A stretch of DNA of 63,763 nucleotides, filler included, from Octopus bimaculoides (taxonomy: Eukaryota), in NCBI RefSeq assembly GCF_001194135.2. It is 6 parts of 5 records of this genome, joined end to end, with 100 filler letters (N's around TTAATTAATTAA, not from the genome) between each part and the next. Parts side by side here need not be neighbours in the genome. Positions count along the whole stretch, not along the records: positions 1 to 29,422 come from NC_068985.1; positions 29,523 to 38,122 come from NC_069003.1; 4 more parts are not named here. The stretch is one strand, 5' to 3'. Below the pieces are notes generated by a model, which was given only the letters and a program-made list of their open reading frames with translations, made no database searches and was not told the origin of the DNA. Below are positions 24,125 to 36,612 of this stretch, in pieces (the stretch's first letter is position 1; each line of letters starts with the position of its first letter). The position numbers and the translations under genes are program-made.

Positions 24125-25330
24125 CGAGGATCGGCTAAAAAGCTGAAAGATTGACCAAGACACTCATGTAATGTGACCAAATGAGGTTTATTTTTCAACA
24201 CAGTTCCCCTTGTGATTTATGCATTACTTCGATCGGTGTTGCAGTGCTTGGTTCCTATTGCTGAAGATTTCATCCTTTGGTCAAAAAGGTCACCAATAGA
24301 AGATATGACGCCATCATCACTGTAATACTGGTTCCCAGACAAATGTTTTTTAGTGTTGGGAAGAGAGGATAGTTAGATAGGGCCAAATCAGGAGAATAGG
24401 GAGGGTGATCAACATTTCAAAACCACAGTCACACACAGCACCCATTGAAACCAAGGACTTGTGTGCTGAAGCTTTGTCCTGATAAAACAAGACCCCTTTC
24501 GTCAGTTTTCATGGGCGTTTACTACTGATAGCCTTTCGTAACTGCTTCATCAAGCTGGCATAGTACTCTCTCCATTGATAGTGTAGCCCTTTTGAAGATA
24601 GTCAATAAACACAATGCCTTTTGCATCCCCAAAAACTTAGGCCATCATCTTCCCTATAGATGAAACAACCTTGGTTCATCAAAGTGATGAACCCAACACC
24701 CATCCAGGATTGGAAAACCTTCAAGGAAACCACGTGGATTTGCCTCGAGCAAGGTCATATTTCCTCGTCATGTGATCAGCCTGGTGCGCTTTTGATCAGA
24801 AAACTCGGCACACACCAGCAGAAATATTTGTCATGTCAAGTTCATGGTGGAGAATATTCTCTCACGGGATATGTTAATTGCATTGGCTATTTGATTTATT
24901 GTCAATCGCCTGTCATCGAAGTAATGAACACGATCAATGATTTCCTCGGTGGTAGCAGTTGCAGGACGTCCGGACATTGGATCATCTTCAAGCCTTTCCC
25001 TTCGCTTCCAAAATTCAGCTGCCCACTTTTGCACTATTGATAAACCTGGAGCATCATCCCATAATGTAGCGACCATATCAGCATGAATTTCCGTGGAGCC
25101 AAAGCCTTTTTCTGTAGGTACTTGATTACACCACAATGCCAAATTTTGTCCATTTTCAAGAGAAATCGCCATTAGTTACATTTGAAGTTTGCTTTGAACA
25201 GTTAGACGTCAGTTTACCTGGAAAGAAACAATGCAGTTATCAAGAAGATTTGAAATTAACTCGTGCAAGATTTCCCAGCTCTAGCATGACTCTTTTATCG
25301 TCAGCCTAAGAATTTTTCAGCGACCTCCGT
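24125..25330 (-). mobile_element. Near full-length decayed mariner transposon
   Basis: Imperfect TIRs (cgaggatcggctaaaaag.. / ..tttttcagcgacctccgta). Transposase TEIHADM..DDAP...VQKWAAEF...LEDDPMSGRP..INQIANAINISRERI. Confidence 0.88.
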
Positions 25331-25720
25331 ATACATAAACTTCGTATTTACTTGGGTTTAAGTTACACCACATTTTTTCAGTTAAAATCGTATACAAAAC
25401 AGTACAACTTATACGGTGCGTGTGTGCGCAGTTGGGTGGGTGTTTTTATATCGACTTACATATAAAATCTTCACATTTAAACTAAGAGCTCACTCAATAC
25501 TTCTTAGCAGAATACATATCAATTGTTATAATGAAAAGGTTAACAATGACCTCGAAGTATCGGCTTGTTTGTTGTTATCAATAAAGGTTCGTTTGGATTA
25601 AGCAAAGAATGTGAACAAAACCATAGCAAGGAAAAACAAATAATTTCTTCATAAGTTATGTTTTGAATTATAAGCAGCTCTAAAAGCATAAACGTTTCTG
25701 ATGTCACATATTTAATGTAT

Positions 25721-26116
25721 GCATTTATTAGCTGCAGGATTGTATCAGGAGGAAAGTGCCTTTAAGACGCCGAGTGTTAAAAACCACATATAGTACGTGA
25801 CCTCAATATAATGTTCACATTATTAGAACTGCTTATAATTCAAATTTTGATTTTGGTTTCACTTATGCGGCGCTGTTGCGCGTCAACAGATACACTTTAT
25901 ACTATTTGCATATATACATCAGACCAAGCGGTTCAAATTCGTTTCGATGTGACTCGGGTATTCGATGCTGAAAAACACAGTGAAATATCGATAGCCATCG
26001 CTCTCGTTCACCTACGGGGCAAGTTGTCTCACCTGGTTTGATGTATTCAGTGTTTTTTAACATTTGGCGTCTTGAAAAGGCTTTCCCCCTGATACAATCC
26101 AGCAACTAATAAGTGC
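25721..26116. mobile_element. MITE-like element with about 70-bp imperfect terminal inverted repeats
   Basis: gcatttattagctgcaggattgtatcaggaggaaag...aagacgccgagtgttaaaaa pairs with tttttaacatttggcgtcttg...cctgatacaatccagcaactaataagtgc. Confidence 0.65.
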
Positions 26117-26719
26117 GAAAATAAAGCACATACGTTATATGACATCGGTAATGATATGTTATATTGTAAGTAACTGTTTAATATTTATTTGATTCTTTTT
26201 CTTTTTATCGGCCTCTTCCATCCTGTCCGATTCACAACTAAGCACATTAAGCAGGAGTGTGTTAAGAGCCTTGACCATGGGTATAGAACAGCCCAGGCGA
26301 TAAGTAACTAAGTGTTATAGCATGAAACTATAGAACCGTCAGCTCTGACTGACTATCGCATAATCTATCTACTTAATTACTGTTAATTCTCTCAAAGATT
26401 TTGACTCTACATAAATGACAAAACGGTCATACGTGGCCGAACAGTACTAATGAATACAAGTAAAATCGAATTTATCCAGTTGTGAGTCGAGGCCTACCCA
26501 CAGACTCGTTTTCCTGGAAACTGGTCAGTACCTCTACAACAGATACACACCATTGTTGAGTAAATAAGGTTAGGTTTAGATGAGAGGTAGCTTAAGTTAA
26601 AATCTGTTACTGGTGTTTTAGTACATTTCTTATAGTAATATGTTTCTTATAATAATACGTGTTCTGCATTGTTTTCCTAACTGTCAAGAATAGGCATCTA
26701 GTCATCTAACACGGTAGAG

Positions 26720-26980
26720 GAGCCTAAAGTCACTCACTGATGTGGTTATTACCTTTCTTTGCCTTTATCACCGCTGCAACAATGGTCTTTACTCCTCGGA
26801 TCTGGCTGCTTTCATGCCACCCTTACTCAGGCACTCCAAACTGACTTACTTCTCTTAATATCATCCACTACACGTCCCAGTCTTTTCTTTCCAGAAACAC
26901 TGAAATTCTTTACCTACACGTGTCGACTTGAAACGGTTTAAACGGAACGTTAACAGTAACAATCTCACTGCTCTCTGAGA
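26720..26980 (+). mobile_element. Degenerate LINE (CR1/Jockey-like) 3' fragment
   Basis: TFLCLYHRCNNGLYSSDLAAFMPP resembles the SLFYRYYxGxCSSELxxLxPP region. Confidence 0.4.
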
Positions 26981-27286
26981 ACCTGCGACGGTCGTAGACA
27001 CTGTCACTTCCTCCAAATCTAACAGATTAAAAAATATATACTAATTTAAATGTAGATGAAAGAAGTGATATTGCAGATACGGAAGAGAACTGTTTTTTTT
27101 TTTCTTTCTTGCTTTTTTTCTTTTGTATGTGATATCATTTCATACGCAACGATCATATCTGAGGAAATTATTATCAATTTAAGTATTTCTACATTTATAT
27201 TTTTGTATATTATTTTTTATACGTACTTTTCAGTGTAAATGTGTATGTGTGGTAGATTCAATCTCACTTTTAGCATTTAATTTCAG

Positions 27287-28266
27287 GCTTGCCGATATAT
27301 CCTCAGTTTCAATACAAGGCCATTCGAAAGGAGTTGGGTTTAATGTTGGTGACCCTCTTACCCCAAGCACGAGAAACATCTGGAACGCAGTTCTTATAAA
27401 AGACACATGGTACCTGATTGATGTTCACTGGGCATCGCGCAAGATATCTGGAGTGGAATCTGAAGAATGGCAATTGGTTGAATGCCAACAAGCAAACAGC
27501 AGCGATATAGACGACTCCATCGTCCAGAATATTTATGAGTTTGACGAGTTTTATTTCTTGACTGATCCAGAAAAATTTATATATAGTCACTTTCCCGACG
27601 AAGAAATTTGGCAGCTACTAGCACGACCTTTAACGAAAAATGAATTTCAGAAAGCTCTTTATCTAAAGCCTCATTTCTTTGAGTTTGGTCTCACAGTCAA
27701 AAGCCACGTTTGGTGCAGTCTTCAATCTGTAGATGGTCTTGTCAACATTGAACTTGGTGTTACACGTACTGACTTGTCATTCTCTTTTGAACTCTACAGA
27801 TCAAACAAAATTGGCAACCCCGACGACAAAAAAGAACTTGCAAAATACATGTTACTTGAAAGGGACATTGAAAATAAAAAATTATGTATCGAAGTAAGAT
27901 TTCCTATTATTGGAAAGTTCAAAGCTGAAATCTTTGGACGAGATTCTAGGAGCAAACTGGAATGGCTGTGTTCATACGTTCTCTATTGCAACTCTCCTCT
28001 GTCGGATTGTTCTCCACTACCACCGAACCCCAAAGCTGAGTGGGGTCCTGGAATGCATTTGTTTAATTATGGCATTACACCCATAACTCATTTGAGAGGT
28101 AAAATTGATGTCTACGATGGAGAAGTGGAGCTAAAGTTTGCTTTGGAGAAAAACGTGGATCTTTTACATAGACTAGTAGCTGAAGACGAAGAGGAGATTC
28201 CTGATCATATTCTCTGTGAAATAGTAAATGGAGTTGCTACGGTGCTTGTAAGACTCCCTAAAAAAG
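27287..28266 (+). CDS. Large exon of hillarin/LTD-1/KY-like protein (transglutaminase-like core plus beta-rich repeats)
   Basis: Acceptor atttaatttcag restores the split Arg codon (cg|g). Motifs IQGHSKGVGF, NIWNAV..WYLIDVHWA, FDEFYFLTDPEKFIYSHFP, RFPIIGKFKAEIF, WGP. Donor aaaaag|gtaaat (phase 1). Confidence 0.92.
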
Positions 28267-29816
28267 GTAAATCATTTTATCTTGTATCTGTTTATATGCG
28301 TTTTGCTAGTTATTTTACCAATCCGTCTGAGACTGCACGTACTCCTATGATACAATTCTTTTTTAAGTGAGCTAAATTAAACCATTCCAGCAAACCTGGT
28401 TAATTTGTTCCAAACACTAGTTTGATTTTACTAAATTCATTCTTTTCAAAATTGATTGAAACAAAGGCGTTGTATGCTAACTGAAATATGACAAAAGGAT
28501 GTGGGAGCGGGGCCTTATATATATTGCCTGTTTATGTTTAAAAAGTTACTAGTCTCCATATCATACAGTTATCGTATGTAAATATCTTTTCTTGACTATC
28601 ACTATCGTATCGATTTTTAAATGTCCCCTCTTTTAGTAAACTAAATATTCTTCGAGGCATTTCTGTCTTTCAATCACTACCGAACTGTCTTCTCTTTATG
28701 GTTTATGGTATCATTAAAAAAATACACATACAAAGCGAACAAATATTTCAACATGGGAGTCGTTTCCATTTCCAGCTGCGGTTATCTCGAATGGAAAAGA
28801 TATGAAATGTTACGACAACCATATTATTGCTCCACCACCACTATTCCGGAAGTCACCTGTTTGCTGATAGATACCTCTGATTACAAAAGATTAAATAATT
28901 AATTCTATTTTCGGCGGATAATACAGCAGATAAATCAATGTTTATTCTTATATATCCGCTATATTCCCTACTTGTATTAGCGTTAAAGAACGTTGTTTAA
29001 CATTTAAACATACCCGAATATTTGGACAACGAAATTCGCTTCGCACACACGTTACAAATTGAATGCCAAATTGCTTACGGAATCTACCAAATTGGAATTG
29101 AAGTTTATATGTATTTTTATCAATGTTAAATCACTGGGTTCTTCATATTGTACAATTACTAAACAAATGTATTTTAAAAATATATGAATACATAGATAAC
29201 CGTAACTCACAACTGTTGTAGTAGAACATACTGAGGCAAGACTTCCGATCCCCCCCCCCCGTTATAGCTTTTGTTTACAATAGTGTTGTCTGTTTTCCAG
29301 AGCTTCTGTTGATTACAGATCTTTAGTGAGGTCCCGACACAGACACACAGTGGCACGTATGGGCTGCCGTATTGTTATTCCTTTTTAAATTCTGTGTAAT
29401 AAGAGAAATTGCTAAATTGACTNNNNNNNNNNNNNNNNNNNNNNNNNNNNNNNNNNNNNNNNNNNNTTAATTAATTAANNNNNNNNNNNNNNNNNNNNNN
29501 NNNNNNNNNNNNNNNNNNNNNNTGACATAGGAATAAATTTCAATAATAATGGATATTAGCATCAAAACTCTCTTTTAAATTTAAAATTTTGGATATATAA
29601 CCAAGGAGAACGATCCTTAAGGAGTCTACTTTAGACTTTTTGCGGTGAAATCTCTTGCTATATTGGTAGCGATTACATGTTTTTCTCATCATCAACACAT
29701 TGTGGAGATATCATCATATGAACATATATATATATGTATGTATGTATATATGTATGTATGTATGTATATATGTATGTATGTATATATGTATGTATGTATA
29801 TATGTATGTATATATG

Positions 29817-30614
29817 TATACTGCTAATAAGAAAGTGGAGAGGATACAAAATCGACAGACATCAGCCGGGAAACATTCCAGTATGTTTATTTGTTCCAAT
29901 GTGTTTGATGAATACATACACATGTATTAGTGGTACAGATTATCAAATAGAAAGAGTTGGTAATTGCAAAAACAAGGGTGTAGAAGCATATAATCATATA
30001 GGAACAGGTGATTAATTGAGCAAATGAGTAAATAAACAAATTGTCAGTAAAATTGAATGGGTGTGTAGGTGCTAGTTCCTTACGGGTTTTTCTTCCAAGA
30101 GGCAACGAAATTTTCCAGGTTATCTCCATTTCTTCAGTGTTATGTAGGGATGAGCAGGTAAGGCTTTGATAATGAATGTACCTCTAGGCTTCTTCAGAGG
30201 GTCTAAGTGGTTGGGAGGGCTATCACATATAAAAAAAAACACTTAATAATTGCAACAGTGTGTTTTATATGTGTTAGCCCTCCCAACCACCTAGACCCTC
30301 TGAAGAGGCCTAGAGGTATATTGAAGAGATGGAGATAACCTGGAAGAAACGGCACCTACACACCCATTTGATTTTACTGACAATCTGTTCGTTTACTCAT
30401 TTGCTCATTTACTCAATTAATCACCTGTTCCTATATGGCTATATGCTTCCACACCCTTGTTCTTGCAATTACCAACTCTTTCTATTTGATAAGCTGTACC
30501 ACTAATACATGTGTATGTATTCATCAAATACATTGGAATAAATAAACATACTGGAATGTTTACCAGCTGATGCCTGTCGATTTTGTATCCTCTCCACTTT
30601 CTTATTTGCCATAT
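29817..30614. repeat. About 800-bp fold-back inverted repeat with a 13-nt loop
   Basis: 29817-30243 is the reverse complement of 30257-30614, apart from substitutions and two deletions in the right arm. Confidence 0.95.
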
Positions 30615-31421
30615 AAATCAAGGGTAAACCACTTTTTACCCCTGCCCATATAAAACACTCAACTGTAAGATTGCCACATAATAACTAGCACTTGGGTATG
30701 AATAATTGGGTACACTACCAGCAGTATATTGGATAAGTATGCTATCCCTTAGTTGCTTTCTCAAATTCTAATTCACACAGAAATATGTATATATATTGGA
30801 GCGAACACGACACAATGAAGTAGAGAAATTTGCAAAGACAACACGAAACCGGTTATTTCTCAAAATACAATGTTTATATACCAAAAAGATTTTCTAACAT
30901 TTTTCTAACATTTTTCTAACATTTTTCTGACATAATTTAAATATATACTTTAACCAAGTNNNNNNNNNNNNNNNNNTATATATATATATATATATGCGTG
31001 TATATATATATATATATATATTATACTAAAACTCAAAGTTTATTTTCCTGTCATTTGATTATGATGATAAATATTACAAATGAAATAGTCATTTCTCTCT
31101 TTAAGAAAAAACAAATCAAGTTGAAAATGTCAGCACTTCAAAGAGTCCATAATACTTACCACCATCCATCTCTTTTTCTTACTTTCCTTTTTCTTCCCTT
31201 AATCATTTATACAACTTTCAGAGTGTTGTGGACTTGAAAGACGGAAATTCTCCCTATATTTTTATGAGATATTTTTGAATCACAGGTATTTGATATTTTT
31301 TTTTTTCTTAAAAGGGAAAATTACTGTTTTATTTAAAATAAAATATCAATCTTTATCATCTTAATTAAAAGGCAGAAAACAGACAGAGAAACCATCTCTT
31401 TATAGACAAAAATCAGTTGCA

Positions 31422-32060
31422 ATGGGAGGAGTTAAATCTCATAAGAATGGAAAACCAAGCAACAACAAATGGGTTGTACCTTATAAAGAAACTCTTTTGA
31501 GAACATTCAAATGTCACTGCAACATTGAAATTGTTGCCTCATTGAGGTCAATTAAGTATGTCATCAAATACATGCTGAAAGGAAATGACCAAGCTGTTGT
31601 CCAAATAAACAATGATAACAAAATTAATCAATGTGTAATGGGTAGGTATATTGGACCATCTAAAACAGTTGCATCCATTTTAGGATTTTCAGTTCATGAA
31701 AACACACTTGCGACAGTGAGACTACAAGTTCATCTACTAGATGAGCAAAGAATATTGCTCAGAAATAATGAGGATATATATGACTGTCAATGAACGACAT
31801 ATGAGAACAACACTGACAGAATTGTTTTCATTGTGCATCAATAAAGACTTTGCAAAAACATTATTCTATGCTGAAGTACCCATGTATTTCACTTGGAACT
31901 GTGAAGAAAAAGAACAGCAAAGAAAAAAGCGAAGAAAAAAAGTTGAAAGTTATTTGAACATTTTCAAAGAAAAAGGTCTTGTGTTTATGTTGTCCCAAAA
32001 GGCAGGAGAACTATATTATTCAAGAATTTTATTGCATGAAGTTCAAAATAGTATTCTTTC
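31422..32060 (+). mobile_element. Helitron RepHel fragment (region downstream of the Rep catalytic motifs)
   Basis: NKWVVPY...FKCHCNIEIVASLRSIKYVIKYMLKGND, GRYIG, VRLQVHL, TTLTELF...YAEVPMYFTW, ELYYSRILLHEV over two frames. Confidence 0.88.
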
Positions 32061-32192
32061 ATTTCCCACTGTGCATTGACCTTTTCAACTTGAAGTGGTA
32101 GTGACCCAACAGGTCATGGGAGGTACATCTAATATATATATAGAATTAAAATATACAGCACTTTGCAATGTTTTACCAAAAAGGAAAACTAT

Positions 32193-32371
32193 AACTGTCA
32201 CTGAATGCAACTAGGATGTTAGAAACACCTACATTGCTTGAAATAAGACCTAAAATGCTCAAATTCTGGAGTCAAAGTATACAATATGTGCTTTGACTAC
32301 AGCATTAGAGCATTGTCTTATTTCCAGCAATGTAGGTGTTTTTAACACTTTAGTCGCATTTAGTGACAATT
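32193..32371. repeat. About 180-bp imperfect hairpin (MITE-like)
   Basis: gtcactgaatgcaactaggatgttagaaacacctacattgcttgaaataagac... pairs with ...gtcttatttccagcaatgtaggtgtttttaacactttagtcgcatttagtgac. Confidence 0.85.
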
Positions 32372-32677
32372 ATCTATCTTATATATTAAAAAGCAAGTTG
32401 TCTGTGTGAACCACTTCTACTCCAAAATTTTCTACCGAATTTCACCAAATTAGACATGTGTGCTCTCTTTGAATTAGGACACGTTTTCTCATAAATTTTT
32501 TCCTCGAAATTCCGCGCTCCAACATAAATAGACTACTCTCAATTCGCCTAGGATTTGAACCCACCACATCTATGCAACGGTATGCATATGTAAAAGGTTG
32601 ATAGCGACATTGAAACATTAGTCTTTCTCTATCACCTTTCAACGAAATATACTAGGAAACAGTAGAACAAACGCAGG
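32372..32677 (+). mobile_element. Possible Helitron 5' end, abutting the Gypsy LTR
   Basis: A|TCTATCTTATATATTAAAAAG start resembles Helitron TC 5' termini and the 5' end at about 3840. Confidence 0.35.
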
Positions 32678-33018
32678 TGTGAACAAATAACAGCATAATA
32701 AATAAGTTTTATTTGTTGTTGCTTGGCGTTAGAAACACGGTATCAGTCAGCCTTGTCGCCTCTGGTTGACGTGTAAACAGCATGGGGAGATCAAGAACTT
32801 CGTTGAGCCATCCCAGCGGAGCGAGTTGTTTTCACATCGAAGTCATCGTGCTAAAGATGTTAGAAAAACGCGCGAAACGCTTTAAGTACTAATTTATTAC
32901 GCATCCGCACTCGAGGGGCTTCCGGGAAGGCAAGTCCCNNNNNNNNNNNNNNNNNNNNNNNNNNNNNNNNNNNNNNNNNNNNNNNNNNNNNNNNNNNNNN
33001 NNNNNNNNNNNNNNNNNN
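32678..33018 (-). repeat. Probable 3' LTR of the Gypsy element (start hidden in gap 32939-33018)
   Basis: Minus-strand polypurine tract GGTGGGAGGGGG at 33019-33030 directly before the gap. AATAAA at 32713-32708. Putative ...GTTCACA end at 32678. Confidence 0.6.
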
Positions 33019-33379
33019 CCCCCTCCCACCGAGTGCGTAGCACAAACAAGGAAGAGATTGTAGTGGGTGCCTGAAACAAGATGCGGCTGTAGATACACAA
33101 TGAAAATGGGAAAATTGTTAATACAGAGAATGGAAATACCCAACAATGTAACACAATGCACATGGAAAATAATATTCCAGCGGCACAAGTCAAGTTCAGC
33201 TTGGTAAGTGTTGTTGGCTGTAAAAAAAAAATTGCTTACGTCACTGCGTTTCCTTTATTACTTGTGATTGATGCAGTGACGCAAGAAATTTCCATGAGTG
33301 TTCAGCGCTAATAAGGAAAAACACAGTTTGAGCCTTTTTTACAAAGAGAATGCTGAAAATGCAATAATATACAATGCAG

Positions 33380-34423
33380 TCAAATAGAAATTGTGTTGGA
33401 GAGTTTCTTTGGCCAGTGCACTGTACGGCCAGACCTAGTGACATAGGGTTCACTTGTGGTAGTTCTCAACAATGAAGGTGAAGTTTTCACAGGTGTATGT
33501 GTTGGTGATGGTGATGACAAAGGTGTATGCAAAGGTTGAAAAGGGGGTATGTCAGTATTGTCAACGGAAGATGTAGTTGTATCAAAATACGCTTTCTTCA
33601 GACGGTCGACAGACACAGTCTCCGTACGACCATTAGCGTCTATTTTAAAAAATTTAGGTGTGCGAGAGAGCACACGAAAGGGTCCTTTATAAGGAGAAAC
33701 AAGGGGTCCTCTGACAGAATCATCCCTAGCAAACACATGTGACCAAGAATCAATGTCTGATGGCACTTTAGAAGGTGGAGATTGTTGCCGGGGACTCATA
33801 GTAGGAAGGTTAGAAAAATAATCTCGTAATCGAGTGACATAGGACGCTGGATTTGGAGGCTGTGATTTGTCTGGTATCAACATCGTACCAGACAATGCCA
33901 ATGTGGTACCATACAATAGTTCCGCTGCAGAAAAACCAAGGTCTGCTTTAACAGCAGTCCGGCATCCAAGTAGGACAACAGGAAGAAATTCAGTCCATGA
34001 CTGCGGATTGGGCGAGGCGCGCAATGCGGCCTTTAGTTGCCTATGAAAACGCTCCACCATCCCATTAGAAGTGGGATGGTAGCTGGTGGTGCGTATATGA
34101 TGTATCCCCAGGATTCGTGATAACTCACGAAATAACGCGGCTTCAAATTGTCGACGACGATCCGTGGTCAGGCTGGACGGTACGCCGAACCTAGAAACCC
34201 AGCCAGACACGAAAGCTCGTACAACAGTCTCAGAAGAAATATCTGCTATAGGAATGGCTTCTGGCCATCGGGAGAAACAATCAACACAAGTTAAGAGATA
34301 TGAGAAACCGCGACTCACCGGCCATGGTCCAACCAAATCAAGGTGAACATGGCAAAAACGGGCCTCTGGAGAAGGAAATTGATCGCCGCATGCTGGGATC
34401 TGACAACATCCGAGCAGTGACAA
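33380..34423 (-). pseudogene. Retrotransposon integrase (DDE core, GPY/F domain)
   Basis: HLDLVGP, TTDRRRQFE, NGMVERFHRQLK, PYKGPFRVL and C-terminal VTRSGRTV. The upstream zinc-finger part (HSLSHPG) is in another frame (ORF 34338-34787). Confidence 0.93.
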
Positions 34424-34578
34424 GTTTTACTGTTGCAGAGATGCCCGGATGTGACAAGGAATGAAGGGCATCAAAAACAGAACGTTGATGGTTTTCAGGT
34501 ACTAAAGGCCTAGGAGGACCGGTGGATGTGTCACACAATATGGTGCCTTCTGATGAAGGGAGCGGAAGATATGCAAAT

Positions 34579-35581
34579 TTACAATTGTTGAATTTTGGCG
34601 AAGTTAAATCTAACGTCGACAATTGTTGCAGGAGAGGAAATAGAACTGACAGGGAGTCTCGAGAGAGCATCAGCAGGGATGTTCTCCTTCCCTGGCACAT
34701 GACGAATGTCACCTGTAAACTGTGAAATATAGTCCAGGTGACGGAAAGCACCAGGAAAGAGTTTGTGTGTTTTAGAAGACAGAGCAAACGTAAGGGGCTC
34801 GTGATCAGTATAAATCACAAACACCCGTCCCTCGAGCTGGTGCTGAAAATGCCGAACCAACAGATAGATCGCTAATAACTCACGATCAAAAGTATTATAT
34901 CTGAGTTCAGCAGGCTGCAATTGGCAAGAAAAGAAAGCCAAAGGTTGCGTTTGATTATCTACGATGTGCTGCAAAACAGCACCAACCGCATAATCTGAAG
35001 CATCCACAGATAAAGAGAGCGGAGCATCAGGAGCCGAATGTGCAAGAATAGGAACGGAGGATAATTCCTGTTTCACGGACTCAAAAGCAGACAACGCCTC
35101 AGCAGAAAGAGTTAGTTGAGCATCCTTCTTAGAATGGCCTTGCAGTAACCTTGTTAAAGGAAGTAGCTTGTCTGCACACCGGTCTATAAATCTTCTGTAG
35201 AAGTTGACCATGCCTAAAAAATGTCGAAGTTGTCGCAAAGAAGTTGGAGGGGCGATGCGTTGAATGGCATCGACCTTAGCAGGAAGAGGTTTGATCCCAT
35301 TAGAATCAATATAGTGCCCCAGAAATTCCAGGGAGGACTGCCCGAAAACACACTTATCGGGGTTTATCTTTACATTATATGCGCGGAGTCGCTGAAAAAG
35401 TTGCGACAAATGGTGGAGATGATTCTCTTTTGTATCACTAGCGATGAGTATGTCATCGACATAGGCGAATACAAAATCAAGCCCACGAACAACTTCATCT
35501 ATAAATCTTTGGAAAGTGCTTGTCGCATTCCGCAGACCGAAGCTCATAACAAGAAATTCAAAACAGCCAAAATGAGTAGTG
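34579..35581 (-). pseudogene. Retrotransposon reverse transcriptase / RNase H
   Basis: MSFGLRNATSTFQRF, YVDDILIAS, FLGMVNFYRRF, VDASDYAVGAVL, ELLAIY, TDHEPL, ADALSR. The upstream part is lost in gap 35582-35875. Confidence 0.95.
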
Positions 35582-36044
35582 NNNNNNNNNNNNNNNNNNN
35601 NNNNNNNNNNNNNNNNNNNNNNNNNNNNNNNNNNNNNNNNNNNNNNNNNNNNNNNNNNNNNNNNNNNNNNNNNNNNNNNNNNNNNNNNNNNNNNNNNNNN
35701 NNNNNNNNNNNNNNNNNNNNNNNNNNNNNNNNNNNNNNNNNNNNNNNNNNNNNNNNNNNNNNNNNNNNNNNNNNNNNNNNNNNNNNNNNNNNNNNNNNNN
35801 NNNNNNNNNNNNNNNNNNNNNNNNNNNNNNNNNNNNNNNNNNNNNNNNNNNNNNNNNNNNNNNNNNNNNNNNNNNAATGGAAGGTGGAATGAGCGGGCTT
35901 TGCCAGCTTAAAAGTTATGTCCATCAGCTCAGGAAAGGAAGCTAAGAAGCGAATGAAAATCATCCCCAGCAGTGGCAATAAAAAAACGCTGGGCTTAGAG
36001 TTGAGTTGGTAGAGCCCTTTTCCGGCGTAAAAAGGGATGTCGAA

Positions 36045-36345
36045 CCGTCGACAAGCCTCCGACGCCGAACATCTACCAACAAGTTAAAATAATTTTAAAA
36101 GTCCGCACCCAAAATAGGATGCGGAATGTCAGCTATGACAAAAACCCATTGAAAATCTCTACGAAGACCAATGTCTAGGCGTAGAGAAAGCTGACCAAAT
36201 GTATGTATCGGGGAGGAATCAATTGCATGCTACACTATAGGCGAACGCTTAGGTTTGTCAGTAGTAAAACGAAGAGGCCAAATACTACAGCACGACCCGG
36301 TGTCAATCATAAAGGACTTCTTCGACACCTGGTCCAGGACAAAAA
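36045..36345 (-). pseudogene. Retrotransposon aspartic protease
   Basis: Manual translation FVLDQVSKKSFMIDTGSCCSIWP...FVIADIPHPILGADF*NYFNLLVD: DTG and ILGADF motifs with internal stops. Confidence 0.85.
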
Positions 36346-36387
36346 TTGCACGATGAAAGGTAGGTGCAGAGGAAGAAACCGACGTGC

Positions 36388-36612
36388 TCAATTTCTTCCT
36401 TGGAAGTTTTCCGAAACTTTAAAGGAGCATGGCTGGATGCACTTGCGTGCCTTTTCAGCGAATGTCGTATGATACCAGTACATACCAGGTTGTGTCCTAG
36501 AAGTTGAATGACTACGAGCTCTGCTACGCGAGCGTGAAAAAGACCGCTTAGAACGGCACAGATCATTCACCCGACGCGTAAGTTCTTCCAGTTTGTCAGC
36601 AAAAACATCATA
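36388..36612 (-). pseudogene. Gag C-terminus with degenerate CHCC zinc motif
   Basis: YWYHTTFAEKARKCIQPC fits C-x2-H-x9-C-x3-C with the first Cys changed to Tyr. Preceded by an RS-rich tract. Confidence 0.8.

Noticed and set aside
29467-29478. TTAATTAATTAA island inside N runs, repeated identically at 38167, 48823, 53505 and 62143
   Set aside because: It always sits centred in equal-length N blocks and gives stops in all six frames. This is a scaffolding spacer, not biology.
35221-35892. 223-aa plus-strand ORF and other plus-strand ORFs at 33527-36472
   Set aside because: Antisense shadows of the Gypsy pol region.
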